From: a virus
Taxonomy: Duplodnaviria; Heunggongvirae; Uroviricota; Caudoviricetes
Virus record (IMG/VR): IMGVR_UViG_3300048793_000046
DNA: 64,000 nt
Reading direction: 5' to 3' (one strand)
Below the pieces are notes generated by a model that saw only the letters and a program-made list of their open reading frames with translations, made no database searches and was not told the origin of the DNA. Numbering within the stretch: position 1 is the stretch's first letter; each line of letters opens with the position of its first letter. Of this stretch, positions 27,382 to 35,821 are shown one piece after another. Made by a program: the position numbers and the translations under genes.

Positions 27382-27457
27382 TGGTGTGAATGTCGGGAGT
27401 TGAACCCGAAAGGCACGGGGTTTAAGCCCTGCCGCGTTTCCGCTTCGCCACACTCAC
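27382..27457 (-). tRNA. tRNA-like element with TTA/TAA triplet in a 6-7 nt anticodon loop (class I length)
   Basis: CCA, acceptor gtgagtg/cattcac, canonical T-arm tcggg-agttgaa-cccga; stem cgggg/ccctg closes a tttaag loop. Confidence 0.3.
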
Positions 27458-27458
27458 T

Positions 27459-27534
27459 TGGTGTCGGTCGCGGGAGTTGAACCCGCAAGAGTTGGCTTTT
27501 GAGACCACCCATGTTTCCACTTCACCAGACCGAC
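27459..27534 (-). tRNA. tRNA-like element, anticodon unresolved (CAA-like loop CTCAAAA)
   Basis: perfect acceptor gtcggtc/gaccgac and canonical T-arm gcggg-agttgaa-cccgc. Confidence 0.35.
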
Positions 27535-27539
27535 AAAAT

Positions 27540-27622
27540 TGGTACCCCCGGGGAGACTTGAACTCCCAATCCTTTCGGCGCTAGTTTCTAAGACTAGTGC
27601 GTATGCATTCCGCCACGGGGGC
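27540..27622 (-). tRNA. tRNA-Leu (anticodon TAG), type II
   Basis: canonical T-arm gggag-acttgaa-ctccc, perfect anticodon hairpin ctagt-ttctaag-actag, long variable region; 80 nt. Confidence 0.55.
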
Positions 27623-27623
27623 G

Positions 27624-27697
27624 TGGTGCTCTCTGATGGTTACAATCCATCGTCGGCCCCTTACCAAAGGGCAATTCTGTCATTGAACTAAGAGAGC
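27624..27697 (-). tRNA. tRNA-Thr (anticodon GGT); T-loop ATTGTAA lacks C56
   Basis: perfect acceptor gctctct/agagagc, perfect T-stem gatgg/ccatc, loop ttaccaa reads ACC. Confidence 0.5.
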
Positions 27698-27701
27698 GAA
27701 T

Positions 27702-27776
27702 TGGAGCCGATTGCAGGAATTAAACCCGCGACATCCGCGCTACAAGGGCGGCGTTCTATCACTGAACTAAATCGGC
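27702..27776 (-). tRNA. tRNA-Thr (anticodon TGT)
   Basis: perfect acceptor gccgatt/aatcggc, D-stem gttc/gaac, loop ctacaag reads ACA. Confidence 0.5.
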
Positions 27777-27778
27777 AA

Positions 27779-27852
27779 TGGTGCTGGTTAGGTAAATCGA
27801 ATACCTGTTTGCGCCTTACGAGGGGGCTGTTCTGCCACTGAACTAAACCAGC
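27779..27852 (-). tRNA. tRNA-Thr (anticodon CGT)
   Basis: perfect acceptor gctggtt/aaccagc, canonical T-arm aggta-aatcgaa-tacct, loop ttacgag reads ACG. Confidence 0.55.
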
Positions 27853-28745
27853 AAAATTGAAGTTGCTATGCTGGAGACCGGCCACGCGAGGTGACCACCA
27901 GACAAAGGGCATACTTATCCATGAGGTATGCCAGCAAAAATAATTTCAGGCAGGGGAGGGATCAGGTATTTTCTCATCTGCCTTTCGGCAGAGGGCGGAA
28001 CCCGGAGCCGATTTAACTTCTTGATATCCTATGCCCTGCTTCGGGCTGCGTAGTACGCGCACAGAAATTATCCGAGCCTAAACTGGCCCAGATTTGTTTC
28101 TGCGGATATGTAATGGCGTAACGCATCATATGTCTTTCTTCGTTTTCGATGAGTAGGCGCGCACTGTCGCCTCGTTCGCTTCCTACGGGCAGCCCCTGCC
28201 CATTTAAGGGCTGGGTCTTGTGGACCCGGGGCGTCAAGGTGACGAGCCCCGTAGGCTCTCGTCGAGTAGGGTGCGGCTTATAGACGAAACCGAAACCGTT
28301 GTCAATCCTCTATTTCAAAAACATGAAGGATCAAATGCCCGTCGTCCAAGCTCGCTGTTCCGAGATAGTGTTCCATCAGCGGCTTCGGCAATGAATGCCC
28401 TGTTCCGGCAATGGCGATTTTGCGCGGTACTTTCGGTGCGTCAGGGTCGCATGTATACCAAATGCAAGCATCCCTGTGCTGTTCACGCGCGCACAGTATT
28501 TTTGCGCCAGCGGGGATCATGATCTCCTGAATAGGGAGCGCTCTTAGCGCCGTTTTCCAGATAACCATTGGTGCTGCCATGTCCGTAAAACTCCAACTAG
28601 AGGGGCATGCTGTATAGCTCGAATAATAAGACCGGCAGTGCGCCAGCAAAACGCACCGCCGGTCCCGACGCAACGCCTGTCCCTCGGGGGAAAGGGACCG
28701 ACGTAGCCGAAGGGCCGATGCTTTCACACCGGCCCCTAGCTCGTG

Positions 28746-29777
28746 TTAGGCAGCGATCAGGAGCCTGTCCTGAATACGGGGCAGGAGCAAGCCCATCGCC
28801 TTCGCCTTGATATCGGCACCATGACCGAACTGGGTCGAGATGAACCGCTTTTCGTCCGACGCGGGCTTCGAAGAGAAGACCGTATCGTGATCAACATACC
28901 GGGTGATCGAGTTGAGGGCGGCCCACGCGGTGTTCTGCGGGGTGCCTTCGGCGACGGTCGCCTTGTACGACTGATTGAGCGCTTCGAACTGATTAAGCTT
29001 GCGCCCAGAGATGTCGTCCTTCTTGGCATCGAACGGGATGTCAAGCACGTTCTTGAAGAAGACCGAAATCTCATTCGGGGAGATCGCGTTCTGCGCCAGC
29101 GCGTCGCCGATCTTCTTGTAGGCGGCGAAGCCCTGCGCGATAGTGGACAATTCTTTGCCCACCTTCTCGGCGTCGAACTTGGTCGAGTGCCGCGTGCGGA
29201 TCACCGCGCGCTTGTCGGCCAGCGCAACATCGAGAGTATTGTTGCACACGGTGCGGGTCATCGTGGCTTGATTGATCGTCGAACCCGAACCATCGAACGT
29301 GGTCGTCATCAACAGGCGAGCAACATGCCTGTCACCGGCAACCGAGAGCGGCTCGCGAAACGTCGCAGTCGCCCAGATGATCTCGCCCTGTTTGAGCGCG
29401 CCAGCAACGTCAAGCTGGAAGCGGTCATCGACCGAGATGTATTTCTCGAACCAATTCAGAACATCGACCGGCTGCACCGGCTGATACTGATCGGACACGT
29501 AACCGAGCGGGTGACCGTTGTCGGACCGCACAACGAAGTTGCGGTTTTCAACTACGGCGAAACGCTTGTCAGCGTCGATATGGTCGAACTGCGCGCCTTG
29601 AAGAGCCGCAATCGCGGGGACTTTCAAAGCGGTCCAATCGAGTTGAGCCTGCTTCGCCCAGTCTTCGATTGTCTGGCCGGGCTGCATTTCTTGCCCGTGT
29701 CTGTGCCAGATGTCGTTGCGTGAACCGAGGAAAGCGATAGCTGCTTTGCCCGTCGAGAAGTCGAGATTATGTGACAT
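28746..29777 (-). CDS. DUF932-like phage/plasmid protein (343 aa)
   Basis: overall resemblance to the phage/plasmid DUF932 family; leads the minus-strand arm. Confidence 0.4.
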   Translation of the reverse strand: MSHNLDFSTGKAAIAFLGSRNDIWHRHGQEMQPGQTIEDWAKQAQLDWTALKVPAIAALQGAQFDHIDADKRFAVVENRNFVVRSDNGHPLGYVSDQYQPVQPVDVLNWFEKYISVDDRFQLDVAGALKQGEIIWATATFREPLSVAGDRHVARLLMTTTFDGSGSTINQATMTRTVCNNTLDVALADKRAVIRTRHSTKFDAEKVGKELSTIAQGFAAYKKIGDALAQNAISPNEISVFFKNVLDIPFDAKKDDISGRKLNQFEALNQSYKATVAEGTPQNTAWAALNSITRYVDHDTVFSSKPASDEKRFISTQFGHGADIKAKAMGLLLPRIQDRLLIAA

Positions 29778-29873
29778 TTGCTGTCTTTCTAAAGAGGCAT
29801 GATTGCCTCAACCGATACATAGCAGACCCGGCGAAAGTCGCAAGCATCTAATAGAATGATGGTTAATGAAAAA

Positions 29874-29900
29874 GCCCCGGAATGACCCGGGGCTCTTTGC
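29874..29900 (-). terminator. Rho-independent terminator (AGCCCCGG-AATGAC-CCGGGGCT) with a T-run on the minus strand
   Basis: strong GC hairpin followed by TTTTT in minus orientation, just downstream of the 29903..30160 gene. Confidence 0.55.
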
Positions 29901-29902
29901 GC

Positions 29903-30160
29903 TTACTTCCTGATGATCAGCGCGCCGCCGTCACGGTCACGGTCGCGGTCGCGGTCGCGATCCCGGTAACGGTCCCGGTCGCGATCACGGTCGCGATCAC
30001 GGTCGCCGGGTACGATGACCACGGGCTTGCGCTCGCGGTCGCGACGATAGTGGCCGTTGTCGTTATCGGAGCCGATAGTCACGCCGAGCCCAACTTCGGC
30101 GCTGGCCGCAACGGGGAGTGTCAGTGCAGCCAAGATAGCCGCAACAAAAGCTTTCTTCAT
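29903..30160 (-). CDS. secreted small protein with (D-R)n dipeptide repeat tract
   Basis: signal peptide MKKAFVAAILAALTLPVAASA; DRDRDRDRDRDRYRDRDRDRDRDRD encoded by a cggtcg-type DNA repeat. Confidence 0.45.
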   Translation of the reverse strand: MKKAFVAAILAALTLPVAASAEVGLGVTIGSDNDNGHYRRDRERKPVVIVPGDRDRDRDRDRDRYRDRDRDRDRDRDGGALIIRK

Positions 30161-30572
30161 AGTCGATTACCTCTCTGGTGTGTGATGCGCTGGACAACTA
30201 CGCGGGGACTGGAATGTTCCGCCACCCTTCCGGGCTCCACTGGCGGACTGCTCTAACGCCTCCGGGCCTCCGGTAGTATTCAATGTCGGTCGGCGTGAAG
30301 TCGTTCTGTTGGCCTCCCGGCACGCCCAGAACCCAGAGCCAATGACGTGTCTGCCCCATGATTATCCTCAATCCGCGAAGTGCGTATAACTTGGCCCGGC
30401 GCGCTGAGCGCAGCCGGGCCTCGTTTCTCGTTGACCCCGGGGGTAGCCGGGACCGCCGCGTCTTCAATGCCCTTAGACGGTGGATTGCACGAAGGCACAC
30501 GGACCAGACCGCAGGACATCTGTTTGGTAGAAAGCGACCGACGAAGCCGCTCCGCAAACGCCCGGTCCGGGC

Positions 30573-31271
30573 CTAGCGGTATTGCTTCCCGATGCGCTCG
30601 TTGCGCTGGTGCTCAGCACCGCAGAGAGCGGCCTCGGGTATCTTGTACTGGATCGGTGCGTCGTTGTCGTTGACGACCTTGTGCCACTTGACACCGTGGC
30701 GCGTAACCTCGCGGTACTCGCCATGATAGGCCGGACGCGAGCCGCCGAGAGATTTCACCGGCTCCGCAGGCACAGCGCGTAAGCCGTCCCACTTCTTGCC
30801 GACAAACATCATCGCGCCGACCGGGGTCTCACCGCCGTTGAAGAGCGGGCGAGCTTCCTGATACAGGGCCTCGGGTTCGCCGAGACGTTCGCGACGTTCA
30901 TTGAGATCGGCCCAGAACTCGATGAAGGGCGGCTGATCGATACCGGGCTGGATACGATCTTGCGTGCTCGTCGCGCCGTTGGCGTGACGACCCGGGCCGT
31001 TGACGATGCCGTCGATGATCGCACCGACCGCGAGATCGGCGAGGATGCCAGCGACGATAACGTCGCCCTTGCTCGGTCTCGGGTCATTCTGATGTTGACG
31101 AGCTTCGACGCGCTCGCCATGGAAAGCCTGAGCCCGGCGACGCACGTCCGCGAGATTGCTTTCGAAACTACGGTTCACATCCGAACCGTCCGTCCGTCGC
31201 GCGCCGAAGTGTTCGTCAGAGCGATGATGGGGGTTTTCGTTGGTCTCATGAATTTCGCCAATTCCACGCAT
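30573..31271 (-). CDS. hypothetical protein (232 aa)
   Basis: ORF only. Confidence 0.4.
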   Translation of the reverse strand: MRGIGEIHETNENPHHRSDEHFGARRTDGSDVNRSFESNLADVRRRAQAFHGERVEARQHQNDPRPSKGDVIVAGILADLAVGAIIDGIVNGPGRHANGATSTQDRIQPGIDQPPFIEFWADLNERRERLGEPEALYQEARPLFNGGETPVGAMMFVGKKWDGLRAVPAEPVKSLGGSRPAYHGEYREVTRHGVKWHKVVNDNDAPIQYKIPEAALCGAEHQRNERIGKQYR

Positions 31272-31459
31272 TTGAATATCTCCGTTTTTGAGGTTGCTAG
31301 TCAGGTCTATAGGTTCGTCGATACGCCTGCCTCAGATGTTGGTCAAGAGGAAAATTTGGCAGGGTTAATAGATCACATGCTTATCCGCTTGACACATGCA
31401 CCTACCAGTGCTATATAGATGGCAGAGGCCAAGAGGGCCTTGGTTAACAGGAGTTTGAT

Positions 31460-31942
31460 ATGTGGCGAACAATTGAAACTGCCCCAAAGGACGGGTCGGG
31501 CTTCCTTGCTTGCAACGGTCAATGGATGACTGTTTGCCACTGGCACAGACAGCAACAGTGTTGGGCCTCGAATGGGCCGGTCTATTCCCCCTATCCGGCT
31601 GATGAACAGCCGACGCATTGGGCACCGCTGCCAAAAGCCCCTGACGAAATGGAAAAGGCTATCGAGATACCGATGGACAACTGCGGCCTTTCGATAAATT
31701 GCGGAAGGGATGGAACTTGGCTGCATTTCACGGCGAGCAACGGGCACCACGCCTCGATCAATGTGGATTTGATGGATAATGGTAGCAGCATTACAAAGTC
31801 GGCGCTGCGCGGTTGGTGTGCTGACCGGCAAGAACAAGCTAAAAACCTGCAACCCGTTAAAAACGTAGCCGAGTCGTATCCTGACGGGCCGGGCTACATC
31901 GACGCCAACGGAAGGCGTGTCCATGACGCGATAACTGGCTAG
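31460..31942 (+). CDS. DUF551-like phage protein carried inside the IS (MWRTIETAPKDG...)
   Basis: N-terminal W..IETAPKDG motif typical of DUF551. Confidence 0.4.
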   Translation: MWRTIETAPKDGSGFLACNGQWMTVCHWHRQQQCWASNGPVYSPYPADEQPTHWAPLPKAPDEMEKAIEIPMDNCGLSINCGRDGTWLHFTASNGHHASINVDLMDNGSSITKSALRGWCADRQEQAKNLQPVKNVAESYPDGPGYIDANGRRVHDAITG

Positions 31943-31945
31943 GTC

Positions 31946-33013
31946 ATGGTTCACGACATTCACAAATGGGAAAAGCTGCCGTTCCCCAAGTCGCTGCCGC
32001 AGTTTCAAAAACTGTTCCCGAGCAACGATGCGTGCGCCCGCTATCTGGAAGGCGCGAAATGGCCTGACGGCTTCCAATGCCCGCACTGCAAGGCCAGTGG
32101 CGAGCCTGTACGCATTGCCAAACGCCCGCTTGTGCTGGCATGTCGCAAGTGCCGCAAGCAAACGTCCCTGACGGTCGGCACGGTCATGGAAAGCACCCAT
32201 ACGCCGCTGACGACTTGGTTTTGGGGTGCTTACCTCATTTCCAGCATGACACCCGGCCTGTCTGCCGTTCAATTCCAGCGCCAACTTGGCCTTACCCGTT
32301 ACGAGACGGCTTTCGGCATCCTGCACAAGCTCCGCGCGGGCATGGTGCGCCAAGACCGCGACCGGATCGGCGGCAGCATTTCGGGTCGCGACCATATCGA
32401 AATCGACGAAACCTACATCGGCGGCGTGCTGCGCGGGGAGGGCAAAGGCCCCCATGCCGACCAAAAGACGCTCGTAGTCGCCGCCGTCGAGGTTCGCACC
32501 AGACCGCCCAAGAAGGGCGACAAGCCGCAACGGCGAGGCGGACGCTACGCTGGTCGTCTCAGGCTGGAAATCGTGCCCGACCGTACCGCTAAGTCGCTGT
32601 GCGGCTTTGTAGAGGCTGCGGTCGATCCTACGTCCAACATGGTCGTTACCGATGCTTGGGGTGGCTACAATTCGCTTGCTGATCGCGGCTACGCTCACAT
32701 GCCGGTTGTCGAGTCGAACAAGCCCGAAGTGGCCGAAGAATACCTGCCTATAGTTCACTTGGTTTTCAGCAACCTTAAGGCTTGGCTGCAAGGCACGCAC
32801 CACGGGCGCGTCGAACCTAAGCACCTGCAAGCCTACCTCAACGAATTTACCTTCCGCTTTAACCGCCGGTTCTACCCGTTCAACGCCTTCCGCTCGCTCT
32901 TGGGCATCGGCGCGAACGGGGAAAGCCCGACCTATGACGGGCTTTACAGTGGCGAGTGGACGCACCCGAATGTCAGTCATGGAACGCATCAACCACTAGA
33001 CGCTGCATGTTGA
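31946..33013 (+). CDS. IS1595-family transposase (zinc-ribbon N-terminus plus DDE domain)
   Basis: CPHCKASGEPVRIAKRPLVLACRKCRKQTSLTVGTVME, IEIDETYIGG and KTLVVAAVEV match ISXO2/IS1595 transposases. Confidence 0.7.
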   Translation: MVHDIHKWEKLPFPKSLPQFQKLFPSNDACARYLEGAKWPDGFQCPHCKASGEPVRIAKRPLVLACRKCRKQTSLTVGTVMESTHTPLTTWFWGAYLISSMTPGLSAVQFQRQLGLTRYETAFGILHKLRAGMVRQDRDRIGGSISGRDHIEIDETYIGGVLRGEGKGPHADQKTLVVAAVEVRTRPPKKGDKPQRRGGRYAGRLRLEIVPDRTAKSLCGFVEAAVDPTSNMVVTDAWGGYNSLADRGYAHMPVVESNKPEVAEEYLPIVHLVFSNLKAWLQGTHHGRVEPKHLQAYLNEFTFRFNRRFYPFNAFRSLLGIGANGESPTYDGLYSGEWTHPNVSHGTHQPLDAAC

Positions 33014-33033
33014 AACCGGATAAGCATGATAGA

Positions 33034-33258
33034 TCATAAAGGGTCCCACGAGCGGAGTTTTGGATCGCGGTCGAACCGTTCTACTATCTCTCCGGGCGAA
33101 ACAGATACAGCGATCCAGCAATCATCATTCACATACAGCACGGCCTTCGCGGCACGTATCGAAAGCGTTGTCGGCACGTTCATGTGATCGAACATATTGG
33201 TGACCGCGCGCCATTCGCCCTGCCACTGCATCATGTACTTGCTATCGGGCATGCTCAT
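33034..33258 (-). CDS. hypothetical protein (74 aa)
   Basis: ORF only. Confidence 0.3.
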   Translation of the reverse strand: MSMPDSKYMMQWQGEWRAVTNMFDHMNVPTTLSIRAAKAVLYVNDDCWIAVSVSPGEIVERFDRDPKLRSWDPL

Positions 33259-33509
33259 TTGAGAACCGCGCGCCCTCCGACATATTTGTAGGCGCTCGGC
33301 GGATGGCCAGACTGTTTTGCCGCGCGATCTATCGCCCGGCGGACCGGCCCCATGGCTTCGCGCTTCTCGCCCGCGACGGTCAGACGTTCGCTGTTCTTGT
33401 AGATGTGGCCACGGTCGCGCAGGATTTGCAGAGCCTCATCGCGAGCGTCGGGGACTTTATCTTTCGCAAGCTGCCGGGTCAGGCGCGTGATCAGGGGAAG
33501 ATATGCCAT
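33255..33509 (-). CDS. hypothetical protein (84 aa)
   Basis: ORF only. Confidence 0.3.
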   Translation of the reverse strand: MAYLPLITRLTRQLAKDKVPDARDEALQILRDRGHIYKNSERLTVAGEKREAMGPVRRAIDRAAKQSGHPPSAYKYVGGRAVLK

Positions 33510-33512
33510 GGG

Positions 33513-33770
33513 TCACCTCAAATCGATCTCAAGCCATTCGATGCTGAACGGGATTGAATGCTTATCGTCGGGGCCTTCCTTCTTGAGACGCTCTCGGATG
33601 ATGCAGCTATCACGACCGAAGAAATTCACCGATGGATCATGAGCCGACCCCAGCTTGATGATCATCTCCACCACTGTCGTCTCTTGTGTGGGGTGGCCGT
33701 CCACGACGACGATGAGTTTTCGGCTCGGCGGATACTCCAGCAGAATTGTTTCGAGTTGCTTTGCATTCAT
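33513..33770 (-). CDS. hypothetical protein (85 aa)
   Basis: ORF only. Confidence 0.3.
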   Translation of the reverse strand: MNAKQLETILLEYPPSRKLIVVVDGHPTQETTVVEMIIKLGSAHDPSVNFFGRDSCIIRERLKKEGPDDKHSIPFSIEWLEIDLR

Positions 33771-33862
33771 TGGCGTAGTCCTTCAATCTGGCAAGCAGCA
33801 CCGGATCAAGGTGCCCCGTCTTAATGAACCCATCGCAATACGCGGTGAGAGTGTGTGCGATA

Positions 33863-35383
33863 TTAGACATCGGTCCTCATCAAGAGATCGCGCAGTCCGC
33901 GACCACTGAGATCATCGGCCACGGTTGTCTTCCCATCGACGATTGCCCAGTTGCGGTCATCGACTGTGCCGGGAGTTCGGATGCGAACGAGGGTGACCGG
34001 ATGTCCCCACTTCTCAGTGCCCCGCTCTTCGCCCTGATTGACATGGATGGCGTTAGGAGTTGAAGAGAAATGAATGATAGCATGCGCTCGACTAAAATCA
34101 AGTCCCTCTCCGCCAGCAGCGGGATGCCCGACAAGCACGACGGGCTTATCACTGTTCTGAAATTCCAGTCGCACCTTTTCGCGCTTCCCGACCGGGATGC
34201 CGCCGTGAAATTCGAGATAGGGAATGCGCTCACGCTTGAGCCGCTTGCATACGCGTCGGATGTCTTCGCGATACCTACACCAAACAATTGAGTTCTCCGG
34301 GAACGTGCCGACGACTTCATCCACGAGCGCATCATAGATGGGAGCGTTGGGATCGATTTCAATGATGCGGTCGCCATCTTTAACGTACCCATTCAGAATT
34401 TGCTGTAGCTTCTGCACACGGGCACCGCCGTCCTTGGCAGTGACCATGTTCTCACCGATCTCGACGAGGTGCCGGGAGACCATCTCCAGATACGCCCGCC
34501 GCTGGATTTCACTCATAACAACTATTCGTTCGGTCCGCAATAGCTCTGGCATGCCCTCAATGTCGTCCCGGGTAACCACGCTCGACCACGGGGCCATCTT
34601 GTCCCGTAGCTCATCAAGGTTCTTGTAGCCCTTGATCGTCTTATAGCGACGACGCTTGGCACGGTAGCTCGGCGCGTTCGGGTCGATCTCCCATTCAGCA
34701 AAGTGCCGCGCGAATTTCTCATACGTGTCGCCAGCGTACTCCGGTCCGAGCGCGAAATTGTCGAGAATTTTGTAGATGGAATATGCCCGAAGCGGGGAGT
34801 TCAAGAGTGCGGTGCCGGTTTCAAGCGTGACGAACTTGGCGTTTCTTCCGAGATTGCGGGCGAGGTTTGTACGTTTTGCTCCGGCGCGACCGAAGTGATG
34901 CGCCTCGGAAATCACCAGCATGATCTTTCCGCGACACGATTTGATGAAACGACGGACGGTCCTGATGCAGTCTAGGTGGCTCAGCGCCTCCATGTTGACA
35001 GTCAAATAACGAATGCCGTCATGATAGGCTTCGAAATTTTTAAGCTCGTCGATACGCGACCAATCGGCGCGCTTCGGGGTCTCCCATCCGAAAGCCATGT
35101 ACTCATTGAAGGGCCACGACCAGCGCGGGATTTCGTTGAGTATCCAGTTGAGATGAATGCCATTCGGTGCGAGCACGACGACGCCTTCGATAGCGTTCTT
35201 GGCGAATTGGTATTCGGCCTTGTCGATGACAGCCTTCGATTTGCCGGACCGCATAGTCCACAGATACACGCGGCACCTGTCGTCGCGGTGCTCGTCGAAC
35301 TCTTTCTCCTGATGTCGCCACGGAAGTTTCTCAGGCTCAGGACCTAAAAGATCGAACAGTTCATCGTCGGAAAGGATTTTCAC
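33863..35383 (-). CDS. SNF2/DEAD-like superfamily 2 helicase
   Basis: Walker-like MRSGKSKAV, motif II VISEAHHFG (DEAH-like), helicase C region LEFHGGIPVGKREK...LVGHPAAGGEGLDFS. Confidence 0.6.
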   Translation of the reverse strand: MKILSDDELFDLLGPEPEKLPWRHQEKEFDEHRDDRCRVYLWTMRSGKSKAVIDKAEYQFAKNAIEGVVVLAPNGIHLNWILNEIPRWSWPFNEYMAFGWETPKRADWSRIDELKNFEAYHDGIRYLTVNMEALSHLDCIRTVRRFIKSCRGKIMLVISEAHHFGRAGAKRTNLARNLGRNAKFVTLETGTALLNSPLRAYSIYKILDNFALGPEYAGDTYEKFARHFAEWEIDPNAPSYRAKRRRYKTIKGYKNLDELRDKMAPWSSVVTRDDIEGMPELLRTERIVVMSEIQRRAYLEMVSRHLVEIGENMVTAKDGGARVQKLQQILNGYVKDGDRIIEIDPNAPIYDALVDEVVGTFPENSIVWCRYREDIRRVCKRLKRERIPYLEFHGGIPVGKREKVRLEFQNSDKPVVLVGHPAAGGEGLDFSRAHAIIHFSSTPNAIHVNQGEERGTEKWGHPVTLVRIRTPGTVDDRNWAIVDGKTTVADDLSGRGLRDLLMRTDV

Positions 35384-35582
35384 GGTCCGCCTTCGCCGTC
35401 TTTGAGCAGTCGGAGCAGAGATGGTCTGTCCCGCTTATCGTCCATCCGTCATCGTGTAAGACCCGCCAGCACGCGTGGAAGTTCTGAACGTCGTCACCGT
35501 CAGCCCTTGAGAACTCATGCACGTCGAAGCAGACGTTGCACTGAAAGACCAACATCCCTCGCGCTGGTCGTTCGAAGCTCAT
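35361..35582 (-). CDS. small Cys-rich protein (73 aa)
   Basis: ORF only; CNVC...CSDC pattern. Confidence 0.3.
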   Translation of the reverse strand: MSFERPARGMLVFQCNVCFDVHEFSRADGDDVQNFHACWRVLHDDGWTISGTDHLCSDCSKTAKADRENPFRR

Positions 35583-35821
35583 TCCATACCCTCATCCGCG
35601 TTGATGTGCATGCGATGGAGCAGCCGCGTGACTGAGCCCAAGAGCAGCAGTTGTTGATCCGAGCTAGTAGCCTCGTGGACCCCGGTCCCGTCCGGCTGCA
35701 CGGACGCCAAAGCGACTGCCGTGATCTCCCCCTTCTTGGCCATCTGGAGGAAGCTCTCCAAAAGCTCCACGGTCTCGGCGGAGATCGCAGCGGGGCGGGT
35801 TATCAGTTTATGGACTGACAT
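35579..35821 (-). CDS. hypothetical protein (80 aa)
   Basis: ORF only. Confidence 0.3.
   Translation of the reverse strand: MSVHKLITRPAAISAETVELLESFLQMAKKGEITAVALASVQPDGTGVHEATSSDQQLLLLGSVTRLLHRMHINADEGME

Larger units (their letters stand above)
31376..33040 (+). mobile_element. IS1595-family insertion sequence with passenger ORF
   Basis: terminal inverted repeats GATCA-CATGCTTATCCG (31380-31397) and CGGATAAGCATG-ATAGATC (33018-33036) flank the transposase and one extra ORF. Confidence 0.6.

Noticed and set aside
24404-27480. Multiple 60-120-aa ORFs on both strands inside the tRNA array (24404-24694, 24727-24936, 25079-25351, 25432-25743, 26420-26710, 26797-27090, 27109-27480 and others)
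   Set aside because: They run across consecutive tRNA genes; the region is better explained as RNA genes.
27908-27933. Hairpin GGCATAC...GTATGCC as a terminator
   Set aside because: Not followed by a T-run in either transcript direction.
31373-32992. 539-aa minus-strand ORF
   Set aside because: Lies antisense to the well-supported IS1595 transposase and DUF551-like ORF; Arg/Ala-rich, typical of a GC-rich shadow frame.
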